A stretch of DNA of 64,000 bases from positions 434,001-498,000 of the forward strand of contig CAXHJY010001477.1 of NCBI GenBank assembly GCA_964016885.1, read 5' to 3'. The DNA is from Eledone cirrhosa. Lineage: Eukaryota. The notes under the pieces are model-generated. The model was not told the DNA's origin, made no database searches, and worked only from the letters and a program-made list of their open reading frames with translations. The translations under genes were made by a program, and so were the position numbers. Below, piece after piece: positions 1 to 12,900 of the stretch; position 1 is the first letter of the stretch; each line of letters opens with the position of its first letter.

Positions 1-751
1 CCTGAAGAAGGATAAATCACACCCAAGTTTGTTAACTTAATCTATCACCCGAAGAAGGATAAATCACACCTGAGTTTCTTAAATTAATCTATCACCTGAA
101 GACGGATAAATAACACCCGAGTTTCTTAAATTAATCTATCACCTGAAGAAGGATAAATCACACCTGAGTTTCTTAAATTAATCAATCACCTGAAGAAGTA
201 TAAATCACACCAGAGTTTCTTAAATTAATCTATCACCTGAAGGATAAATCACACCTGAGTTTCTTAAATTAATCTATCACCTGAAGAAGGAGAAATCACA
301 CCCAAGTTTGTTAACTTAATCTATCACCTGAAGAAGGATAAATCACACCTGAGTTTGTTAAATTAATCTATCACCTGAAGAAGCATAAATCACACCCGAG
401 TTTGTTAAATTAATCTATCACCTGAAGAAGGATAAATCACACCTGAGTTTGTTAAATTAATCTATCACCTGAAGAAGGATAAATCACACCTGAGTTTATT
501 AAATTAATCTATCACCTGAAGATGTATAAATAACACCTGAGTTTATTAAATTAATCTATCACCTGAAGAAGGATAAATCACACCTGAGTTTGTTAAATTA
601 GTCTATCACATGAAGACGGATAAATAACACCCGAGTTTCTTAAAATTAATCTATCACCTGAAGAAGGATAAATCACACCCGAGTTTTTCATATTAATCAA
701 TCATCTGAAGAAGCATAAATCACACCCGAGTTTGTTAAATTAATCTATCAC

Positions 752-792
752 CTGAAGAAGGATAATTCACACCTGAGTTTCTGAAATTAATC
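752..792 (+). ncRNA. Hammerhead-ribozyme-like core in a satellite A monomer (best example; stem I absent, activity unproven)
   Basis: CTGAAGA 752-758; 24-nt hairpin 759-782 closed by A-T, G-C, G-T, A-T with an inner AATTCA/TGAGTT stem; GAAA 783-786; palindrome ATTAAT then C at 792. The 6-nt linker TATCAC cannot form stem I. Confidence 0.3.
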
Positions 793-1173
793 TATCACCT
801 GAAGGAGAATAAATCACACCTGAGTTTCTTAAATTAATCTATCACCTGAAGAAGGATAAATCACACCAGAGTTTCTTAAATTAATCTATCACCTGAAGAA
901 GGATAAATCACACCTGAGTTTGTTAAATTAATCAATCACCTGAAGAAGTATAAATCACACCAGAGTTTCTTAAATTAATCTATCACCTGAATAAGGATAA
1001 ATCACGTCTGAGTTTGTTAAATTAATCAATCACCTGAAGAAGGATAAATCACACCCAAGTTTGTTAACTTAATCTATCACCTGAAGAAGGATAAATCACA
1101 CCTGAGTTTGTTAAATTAATCTATCACCTGAAGAAGGATAAATCACACCTGAGTTTCTTAAATTAATCTATCA

Positions 1174-1831
1174 CCCGAAGAAGGATAAATTACACCTGAG
1201 TTTGTTGAATTAATCAATCACCTGAAGAAGGATAACTCACACCTGAGTTTCTTACATTAATCTATTGCCTGAATAAGGATAAATAACACCTGAGTTTGTT
1301 AAATTAATCTATCACCTGAAGAAGAATAAATCACACCTGAGTTTCTTAAATTAATCTATCACCTGAAGAAGGATAAATCACACCTGAGTTTCTTAAATTA
1401 ATCTATCACCTGAAGAAGGATAAATCACACCTGAGATTCTGAAATTAATCTATCACCTGAAGAAGGATAAATCACAGCGGAGTTTGTTAAATTAATCTGT
1501 CACCTGAAGAAGGATAAATTACACCTGAGTTTGTTAAATTAATCAATCACCTGAAGAAGGATAACTCACACCTGAGTTTCTTACATTAATCTATTGCCTG
1601 AATAAGGATAAATAACACCTGAGTTTCTTAAATTAATCTATCACCTGAAGAAGAATAAATCACACCTGAGTTTCTTAAATTAATCTATCACCTGAAGAAG
1701 GATAAATCACACCTGAGTTTCTTAAATTAATCTATCACCTGAAGAAGGATAAATCACACCTGAGATTCTGAAATTAATCTATCACCTGAAGAAGGATGAA
1801 TCACAGCGGAGTTTGTTAAATTAATCTGTCA
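1174..1831. repeat. Example of the 7-monomer (329-bp) higher-order repeat pair in satellite A
   Basis: Diagnostic variant CTATTGCCTGAATAAGG at 1262 and 1591 (offset 329 = 7x47), again at 2532/2861 and in many later pairs. Variants GAGATTCTGAAA and CACAGCGGAG recur in the same order. Confidence 0.92.
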
Positions 1832-2160
1832 CCTGAAGAAGGATAAATCACACCTGAGTTTGTTAAATTTATCTAACACCTGAAGACGGATAAACAACAG
1901 CTGAGTTTCTTAAATTAATCAATCACATAAAGAAGGGTAAATCACACCTGAGTTTCTGAAATTAATCTATCACCTGAAGAAGGATAAATCACACCGAGTC
2001 TCTGAAATTAATATATCACCTGAAGAAGGATAAATAACACCTGAGTTTCTTAAATTAATCTATCACCTGAAGAAGGATAAATAACATCTGAGTTTCTTAA
2101 AATTAATCTATCACCTGAAGAAGGATAAATCACACCTCAGGTTGTTAAATTAATCTATCA

Positions 2161-5100
2161 CCTGAAGAAGTATAAATCACACCAGAGTTTCTTAAATTAG
2201 TCTATCACCTGAAGAAGGATAAATAACATCTGAGTTTCTTAAAATTAATCTATCACCTGAAGAAGGATAAATCACGTCTGAGTTTGTTAAATTAATCAAT
2301 CACCTGAAGAAGGATAAATCACACCCAAGTTTGTTAACTTAATCTATCACCTGAAGAAGGATAAATCACACCTGAGTTTGTTAAATTAATCTATCACCTG
2401 AAGAAGGATAAATCACACCTGAGTTTCTTAAATTAATCTATCACCTGAAGAAGGATAAATTACACCTGAGTTTGTTATATTAATCAATCACCTGAAGAAG
2501 GATAACTCACACCTGAGTTTCTTACATTAATCTATTGCCTGAATAAGGATAAATAACACCTGAGTTTGTTAAATTAATCTATCACCTGAAGAAGAATAAA
2601 TCACACCTGAGTTTCTTAAATTAATCTATCACCTGAAGAAGGATAAATCACACCTGAGTTTCTTAAATTAATCTATCACCTGAAGAAGGATAAATCACAC
2701 CTGAGATTCTGAAATTAATCTATCACCTGAAGAAGGATGAATCACAGCGGAGTTTGTTAAATTAATCTGTCACCTGAAGAAGGATAAATTACACCTGAGT
2801 TTGTTAAATTAATCAATCACCTGAAGAAGGATAACTCACACCTGAGTTTCTTACATTAATCTATTGCCTGAATAAGGATAAATAACACCTGAGTTTCTTA
2901 AATTAATCTATCACCTGAAGAAGAATAAATCACACCTGAGTTTCTTAAATTAATCTATCACCTGAAGAAGGATAAATCACACCTGAGTTTCTTAAATTAA
3001 TCTATCACCTGAAGAAGGATAAATCACACCTGAGATTCTGAAATTAATCTATCACCTGAAGAAGGATGAATCACAGCGGAGTTTGTTAAATTAATCTGTC
3101 ACCTGAAGAAGGATAAATCACACCTGAGTTTGTTAAATTAATCTAACACCTGAAGACGGATAAACAACAGCTGAGTTTCTTAAATTAATCAATCACATAA
3201 AGAAGGGTAAATCACACCTGAGTTTCTGAAATTAATCTATCACCTGAAGAAGGATAAATCACACCAGAGTTTCTTAAATTAATCTATCACCTGAAGAAGG
3301 ATAAATCACACCTGAGTTTGTTAAATTAATCAATCACCTGAAGAAGTATAAATCACACCAGAGTTTCTTAAATTAATCTATCACCTGAATAAGGATAAAT
3401 CACGTCTGAGTTTGTTAAATTAATCAATCACCTGAAGAAGGATAAATCACACCCAAGTTTGTTAACTTAATCTATCACCTGAAGAAGGATAAATCACATC
3501 TGAGTTTGTTAAATTAATCTATCACCTGAAGAAGGATAAATCACACCTGAGTTTCTTAAATTAATCTATCACCCGAAGAAGGATAAATTACACCTGAGTT
3601 TGTTGAATTAATCAATCACCTGAAGAAGGATAACTCACACCTGAGTTTCTTACATTAATCTATTGCCTGAATAAGGATAAATAACACCTGAGTTTGTTAA
3701 ATTAATCTATCACCTGAAGAAGAATAAATCACACCTGAGTTTCTTAAATTAATCTATCACCTGAAGAAGGATAAATCACACCTGAGTTTCTTAAATTAAT
3801 CTATCACCTGAAGAAGGATAAATCACACCTGAGATTCTGAAATTAATCTATCACCTGAAGAAGGATAAATCACAGCGGAGTTTGTTAAATTAATCTGTCA
3901 CCTGAAGAAGGATAAATTACACCTGAGTTTGTTAAATTAATCAATCACCTGAAGAAGGATAACTCACACCTGAGTTTCTTACATTAATCTATTGCCTGAA
4001 TAAGGATAAATAACACCTGAGTTTCTTAAATTAATCTATCACCTGAAGAAGAATAAATCACACCTGAGTTTCTTAAATTAATCTATCACCTGAAGAAGGA
4101 TAAATCACACCTGAGTTTCTTAAATTAATCTATCACCTGAAGAAGGATAAATCACACCTGAGATTCTGAAATTAATCTATCACCTGAAGAAGGATGAATC
4201 ACAGCGGAGTTTGTTAAATTAATCTGTCACCTGAAGAAGGATAAATCACACCTGAGTTTGTTAAATTTATCTAACACCTGAAGACGGATAAACAACAGCT
4301 GAGTTTCTTAAATTAATCAATCACATAAAGAAGGGTAAATCACACCTGAGTTTCTGAAATTAATCTATCACCTGAAGAAGGATAAATCACACCGAGTCTC
4401 TGAAATTAATATATCACCTGAAGAAGGATAAATAACACCTGAGTTTCTTAAATTAATCTATCACCTGAAGAAGGATAAATAACATCTGAGTTTCTTAAAA
4501 TTAATCTATCACCTGAAGAAGGATAAATCACACCTCAGGTTGTTAAATTAATCTATCACCTGAAGAAGTATAAATCACACCAGAGTTTCTTAAATTAGTC
4601 TATCACCTGAAGAAGGATAAATAACATCTGAGTTTCTTAAAATTAATCTATCACCTGAAGAAGGATAAATCACGTCTGAGTTTGTTAAATTAATCAATCA
4701 CCTGAAGAAGGATAAATCACACCCAAGTTTGTTAACTTAATCTATCACCTGAAGAAGGATAAATCACACCTGAGTTTGTTAAATTAATCTATCACCTGAA
4801 GAAGGATAAATCACACCTGAGTTTCTTAAATTAATCTATCACCTGAAGAAGGATAAATTACACCTGAGTTTGTTAAATTAATCAATCACCTGAAGAAGGA
4901 TAACTCACACCTGAGTTTCTTACATTAATCTATTGCCTGAATAAGGATAAATAACACCTGAGTTTGTTAAATTAATCTATCACCTGAAGAAGAATAAATC
5001 ACACCTGAGTTTCTTAAATTAATCTATCACCTGAAGAAGGATAAATCACACCTGAGTTTCTTAAATTAATCTATCACCTGAAGAAGGATAAATCACACCT

Positions 5101-8100
5101 GAGATTCTGAAATTAATCTATCACCTGAAGAAGGATGAATCACAGCGGAGTTTGTTAAATTAATCTGTCACCTGAAGAAGGATAAATTACACCTGAGTTT
5201 GTTAAATTAATCAATCACCTGAAGAAGGATAACTCACACCTGAGTTTCTTACATTAATCTATTGCCTGAATAAGGATAAATAACACCTGAGTTTCTTAAA
5301 TTAATCTATCACCTGAAGAAGAATAAATCACACCTGAGTTTCTTAAATTAATCTATCACCTGAAGAAGGATAAATCACACCTGAGTTTCTTAAATTAATC
5401 TATCACCTGAAGAAGGATAAATCACACCTGAGATTCTGAAATTAATCTATCACCTGAAGAAGGATGAATCACAGCGGAGTTTGTTAAATTAATCTGTCAC
5501 CTGAAGAAGGATAAATCACACCTGAGTTTGTTAAATTAATCTAACACCTGAAGACGGATAAACAACAGCTGAGTTTCTTAAATTAATCAATCACATAAAG
5601 AAGGGTAAATCACACCTGAGTTTCTGAAATTAATCTATCACCTGAAGAAGGATAAATCACACCCGAGTTTTTTATATTAATCAATCACCTGAAGAAGCAT
5701 AAATCACACCCGAGTTTGTTAAATTAATCTATCACCTGAAGAAGGAGAAATCACACCCGAGTTTGTTAACATAATCTATCACCTGAAGAAAGATAAATCA
5801 CACCTGAGTCTCTGAAATTAATCTATCACCTGAAGGAGAATAAATCACACCTGAGTTTCTTAAATTAGTCTATCACCTGAAGAAGGATAAATCACACCAG
5901 AGTTTCTTAAATTAATCTATCACCTCAAGAAGGATAAATCACACCTGAGTTTCTTAAATTAATCTATCACCTGAAGAAGGATAAATAACATCTGAGTTTC
6001 TTAAATTAATCTATCACCTCAAGAAGGATAAATAACACCTGACTTTGTTAAATTAATCTATCACCTGAAGAAGTATAAATCACACCAGAGTTTCTTAAAT
6101 TAGTCTATCACCTGAAGAAGGATAAATAACATCTGAGTTTCTTAAAATTAATCTATCACCTGAAGAAGGATAAATCACGTCTGAGTTTGTTAAATTAATC
6201 AATCACCTGAAGAAGGATAAATCACACCCAAGTTTGTTAACTTAATCTATCACCTGAAGAAGGATAAATCACACCTGAGTTTGTTAAATTAATCTATCAC
6301 CTGAAGAAGGATAAATCACACCTGAGTTTCTTAAATTAATCTATCACCTGAAGAAGGATAAATTACACCTGAGTTTGTTATATTAATCAATCACCTGAAG
6401 AAGGATAACTCACACCTGAGTTTCTTACATTAATCTATTGCCTGAATAAGGATAAATAACACCTGAGTTTGTTAAATTAATCTATCACCTGAAGAAGAAT
6501 AAATCACACCTGAGTTTCTTAAATTAATCTATCACCTGAAGAAGGATAAATCACACCTGAGTTTCTTAAATTAATCTATCACCTGAAGAAGGATAAATCA
6601 CACCTGAGATTCTGAAATTAATCTATCACCTGAAGAAGGATGAATCACAGCGGAGTTTGTTAAATTAATCTGTCACCTGAAGAAGGATAAATTACACCTG
6701 AGTTTGTTAAATTAATCAATCACCTGAAGAAGGATAACTCACACCTGAGTTTCTTACATTAATCTATTGCCTGAATAAGGATAAATAACACCTGAGTTTC
6801 TTAAATTAATCTATCACCTGAAGAAGAATAAATCACACCTGAGTTTCTTAAATTAATCTATCACCTGAAGAAGGATAAATCACACCTGAGTTTCTTAAAT
6901 TAATCTATCACCTGAAGAAGGATAAATCACACCTGAGATTCTGAAATTAATCTATCACCTGAAGAAGGATGAATCACAGCGGAGTTTGTTAAATTAATCT
7001 GTCACCTGAAGAAGGATAAATCACACCTGAGTTTGTTAAATTAATCTAACACCTGAAGACGGATAAACAACAGCTGAGTTTCTTAAATTAATCAATCACA
7101 TAAAGAAGGGTAAATCACACCTGAGTTTCTGAAATTAATCTATCACCTGAAGAAGGATAAATCACACCAGAGTTTCTTAAATTAATCTATCACCTGAAGA
7201 AGGATAAATCACACCTGAGTTTGTTAAATTAATCAATCACCTGAAGAAGTATAAATCACACCAGAGTTTCTTAAATTAATCTATCACCTGAATAAGGATA
7301 AATCACGTCTGAGTTTGTTAAATTAATCAATCACCTGAAGAAGGATAAATCACACCCAAGTTTGTTAACTTAATCTATCACCTGAAGAAGGATAAATCAC
7401 ATCTGAGTTTGTTAAATTAATCTATCACCTGAAGAAGGATAAATCACACCTGAGTTTCTTAAATTAATCTATCACCCGAAGAAGGATAAATTACACCTGA
7501 GTTTGTTGAATTAATCAATCACCTGAAGAAGGATAACTCACACCTGAGTTTCTTACATTAATCTATTGCCTGAATAAGGATAAATAACACCTGAGTTTGT
7601 TAAATTAATCTATCACCTGAAGAAGAATAAATCACACCTGAGTTTCTTAAATTAATCTATCACCTGAAGAAGGATAAATCACACCTGAGTTTCTTAAATT
7701 AATCTATCACCTGAAGAAGGATAAATCACACCTGAGATTCTGAAATTAATCTATCACCTGAAGAAGGATAAATCACAGCGGAGTTTGTTAAATTAATCTG
7801 TCACCTGAAGAAGGATAAATTACACCTGAGTTTGTTAAATTAATCAATCACCTGAAGAAGGATAACTCACACCTGAGTTTCTTACATTAATCTATTGCCT
7901 GAATAAGGATAAATAACACCTGAGTTTCTTAAATTAATCTATCACCTGAAGAAGAATAAATCACACCTGAGTTTCTTAAATTAATCTATCACCTGAAGAA
8001 GGATAAATCACACCTGAGTTTCTTAAATTAATCTATCACCTGAAGAAGGATAAATCACACCTGAGATTCTGAAATTAATCTATCACCTGAAGAAGGATGA

Positions 8101-9966
8101 ATCACAGCGGAGTTTGTTAAATTAATCTGTCACCTGAAGAAGGATAAATCACACCTGAGTTTGTTAAATTTATCTAACACCTGAAGACGGATAAACAACA
8201 GCTGAGTTTCTTAAATTAATCAATCACATAAAGAAGGGTAAATCACACCTGAGTTTCTGAAATTAATCTATCACCTGAAGAAGGATAAATCACACCGAGT
8301 CTCTGAAATTAATATATCACCTGAAGAAGGATAAATAACACCTGAGTTTCTTAAATTAATCTATCACCTGAAGAAGGATAAATAACATCTGAGTTTCTTA
8401 AAATTAATCTATCACCTGAAGAAGGATAAATCACACCTCAGGTTGTTAAATTAATCTATCACCTGAAGAAGTATAAATCACACCAGAGTTTCTTAAATTA
8501 GTCTATCACCTGAAGAAGGATAAATAACATCTGAGTTTCTTAAAATTAATCTATCACCTGAAGAAGGATAAATCACGTCTGAGTTTGTTAAATTAATCAA
8601 TCACCTGAAGAAGGATAAATCACACCCAAGTTTGTTAACTTAATCTATCACCTGAAGAAGGATAAATCACACCTGAGTTTGTTAAATTAATCTATCACCT
8701 GAAGAAGGATAAATCACACCTGAGTTTCTTAAATTAATCTATCACCTGAAGAAGGATAAATTACACCTGAGTTTGTTAAATTAATCAATCACCTGAAGAA
8801 GGATAACTCACACCTGAGTTTCTTACATTAATCTATTGCCTGAATAAGGATAAATAACACCTGAGTTTGTTAAATTAATCTATCACCTGAAGAAGAATAA
8901 ATCACACCTGAGTTTCTTAAATTAATCTATCACCTGAAGAAGGATAAATCACACCTGAGTTTCTTAAATTAATCTATCACCTGAAGAAGGATAAATCACA
9001 CCTGAGATTCTGAAATTAATCTATCACCTGAAGAAGGATGAATCACAGCGGAGTTTGTTAAATTAATCTGTCACCTGAAGAAGGATAAATTACACCTGAG
9101 TTTGTTAAATTAATCAATCACCTGAAGAAGGATAACTCACACCTGAGTTTCTTACATTAATCTATTGCCTGAATAAGGATAAATAACACCTGAGTTTCTT
9201 AAATTAATCTATCACCTGAAGAAGAATAAATCACACCTGAGTTTCTTAAATTAATCTATCACCTGAAGAAGGATAAATCACACCTGAGTTTCTTAAATTA
9301 ATCTATCACCTGAAGAAGGATAAATCACACCTGAGATTCTGAAATTAATCTATCACCTGAAGAAGGATGAATCACAGCGGAGTTTGTTAAATTAATCTGT
9401 CACCTGAAGAAGGATAAATCACACCTGAGTTTGTTAAATTAATCTAACACCTGAAGACGGATAAACAACAGCTGAGTTTCTTAAATTAATCAATCACATA
9501 AAGAAGGGTAAATCACACCTGAGTTTCTGAAATTAATCTATCACCTGAAGAAGGATAAATCACACCCGAGTTTTTTATATTAATCAATCACCTGAAGAAG
9601 CATAAATCACACCCGAGTTTGTTAAATTAATCTATCACCTGAAGAAGGAGAAATCACACCCGAGTTTGTTAACATAATCTATCACCTGAAGAAAGATAAA
9701 TCACACCTGAGTCTCTGAAATTAATCTATCACCTGAAGGAGAATAAATCACACCTGAGTTTCTTAAATTAGTCTATCACCTGAAGAAGGATAAATCACAC
9801 CAGAGTTTCTTAAATTAATCTATCACCTCAAGAAGGATAAATCACACCTGAGTTTCTTAAATTAATCTATCACCTGAAGAAGGATAAATAACATCTGAGT
9901 TTCTTAAATTAATCTATCACCTCAAGAAGGATAAATAACACCTGACTTTGTTAAATTAATCTATCA
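2161..9966. repeat. 3903-bp tandem duplication (83 monomers) within satellite A
   Basis: Rare variants repeat at exactly 3903 bp: TTTGTTATAT at 2471/6374 and CACCTCAAGA at 5921/9824. Ends are approximate. Confidence 0.85.
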
Positions 9967-12900
9967 CCTGAAGAAGTATAAATCACACCAGAGTTTCTTT
10001 AATTAATCTATCACCTGAAGAAGGATAAATCACACCTGAGTTTGTTAAATTAATCTATCACATGAAGACGGATAAATAACACCCGAGTTTCTTAAATTAA
10101 TCTATCACCTGAAGAAGGATAAATCACACCCGAGTTTTTTATATTAATCAATCACCTGAAGAAGCATAAATCACACCCGAGTTTGTTAAATTAATCTAGC
10201 ACCTGAAGAAGGAGAAATCACACCCGAGTTTGTTAACATAATCTATCACCTGAAGAAGGATAAATCACAGCTGAGTTTCTGAAATTAATCTATCACCTGA
10301 AGGAGAATAAATCACACCTGAGTTTCTTAAATTAGTCTATCACCTGAAGAAGGATAAATCACACCAGAGTTTGTTAACATAATCTATCACCTGAAGAAGG
10401 ATAAATCACGTCTGAGTTTCTTAAATTAATCTATCACCTGAAGAAGTATAAATCACACCAGAGTTTCTTTAATTAATCTATCACCTGAAGAAGGATAAAT
10501 CACACCTGAGTTTATTAAATTAATCTATCACCTGAAGATGGATAAATAACACCTGAGTTTATTAAATTAATCTATCATCTGAAGAAGGATAAATCACACC
10601 TGAGTTTCTTAAATTAATCTATCACCTGAAGAAGGATAAATCACACCCGAGTTTTTTATATTAATCAATCACCTGAAGAAGCATAAATCACACCCGAGTT
10701 TGTTAAATTAATCTATCACCTGAAGAAGGAGAAATCACACCCGAGTTTGTTAACATAATCTATCACCTGAAGAAGGATAAATCACACCTGAGTCTCTGAA
10801 ATTAATCTATCACCTGAAGGAGAATAAATCACACCTGAGTTTCTTAAATTAGTCTATCACCTGAAGAAGGATAAATCACACCAGAGTTTCTTAAATTAAT
10901 CTATCACCTGAAGAAGGATAAATCACACCTGAGTTTCTTAAATTAATCTATCACCTGAAGAAGGATAAATAACATCTGAGTTTCTTAAAATTAATCTATC
11001 ACCTGAAGAAGGATAAATAACACCTGACTTTGTTAAATTAATCTATCACCTGAAGAAGTATAAATCACACCAGAGTTTCTTTAATTAATCTATCACCTGA
11101 AGCAGGATAAATCACACCTGAGTTTGTTAAATTAATCTATCACATGAAGACGCATAAATAACACCCGAGTTTCTTAAATTAATCTATCACTTGAAGAAGG
11201 ATAAATCACACCCGAGTTTTTTATATTAATCAATCACCTGAAGAAACATAAATCACACCCGAGTTTGTTAAATTAATCTATCACCTGAAGAAGGAGAAAT
11301 CACACCCGAGTTTGTTAACATAATCTATCACCTGAAGAAGGATAAATCACACCTGAGTTTCTGAAATTAATCTATCACCTGAAGGAGAATAAATCACACC
11401 TGAGTTTCTTAAATTAGTCCATCACCTGAAGAAGGATAAATCACACCAGAGTTTCTTAAATTAATCTATCACCTGAAGAAGTATAAATTACACCAGAGTT
11501 TCTTAAATTAATCTATCACCCCAAGAAGGATAAATCACGTCTGAGTTTCTTAAATTAATCTATCACCTGAAGAAGGATAAATCACACCCGAGTTTGTTAA
11601 CATAATCTATCACCTGAAGAAGGATAAATCACGTCTGAGTTTCTTAAATTAATCTATCACCTGAAGAAGGATAAATCACACCCAAGTTTGTTAACTTAAT
11701 CTATCACCCGAAGAAGGATAAATCACACCTGAGTTTCTTAAATTAATCTATCACCTGAAGACGGATAAATAACACCCGAGTTTCTTAAATTAATCTATCA
11801 CCTGAAGAAGGATAAATCACACCTGAGTTTCTTAAATTAATCAATCACCTGAAGAAGTATAAATCACACCAGAGTTTCTTAAATTAATCTATCACCTGAA
11901 GGATAAATCACACCTGAGTTTCTTAAATTAATCTATCACCTGAAGAAGGAGAAATCACACCCAAGTTTGTTAACTTAATCTATCACCTGAAGAAGGATAA
12001 ATCACACCTGAGTTTGTTAAATTAATCTATCACCTGAAGAAGCATAAATCACACCCGAGTTTGTTAAATTAATCTATCACCTGAAGAAGGATAAATCACA
12101 CCTGAGTTTGTTAAATTAATCTATCACCTGAAGAAGGATAAATCACACCTGAGTTTATTAAATTAATCTATCACCTGAAGATGTATAAATAACACCTGAG
12201 TTTATTAAATTAATCTATCACCTGAAGAAGGATAAATCACACCTGAGTTTGTTAAATTAGTCTATCACATGAAGACGGATAAATAACACCCGAGTTTCTT
12301 AAAATTAATCTATCACCTGAAGAAGGATAAATCACACCCGAGTTTTTCATATTAATCAATCATCTGAAGAAGCATAAATCACACCCGAGTTTGTTAAATT
12401 AATCTATCACCTGAAGAAGGATAATTCACACCTGAGTTTCTGAAATTAATCTATCACCTGAAGGAGAATAAATCACACCTGAGTTTCTTAAATTAATCTA
12501 TCACCTGAAGAAGGATAAATCACACCAGAGTTTCTTAAATTAATCTATCACCTGAAGAAGGATAAATCACACCTGAGTTTGTTAAATTAATCAATCACCT
12601 GAAGAAGTATAAATCACACCAGAGTTTCTTAAATTAATCTATCACCTGAATAAGGATAAATCACGTCTGAGTTTGTTAAATTAATCAATCACCTGAAGAA
12701 GGATAAATCACACCCAAGTTTGTTAACTTAATCTATCACCTGAAGAAGGATAAATCACACCTGAGTTTGTTAAATTAATCTATCACCTGAAGAAGGATAA
12801 ATCACACCTGAGTTTCTTAAATTAATCTATCACCCGAAGAAGGATAAATTACACCTGAGTTTGTTGAATTAATCAATCACCTGAAGAAGGATAACTCACA

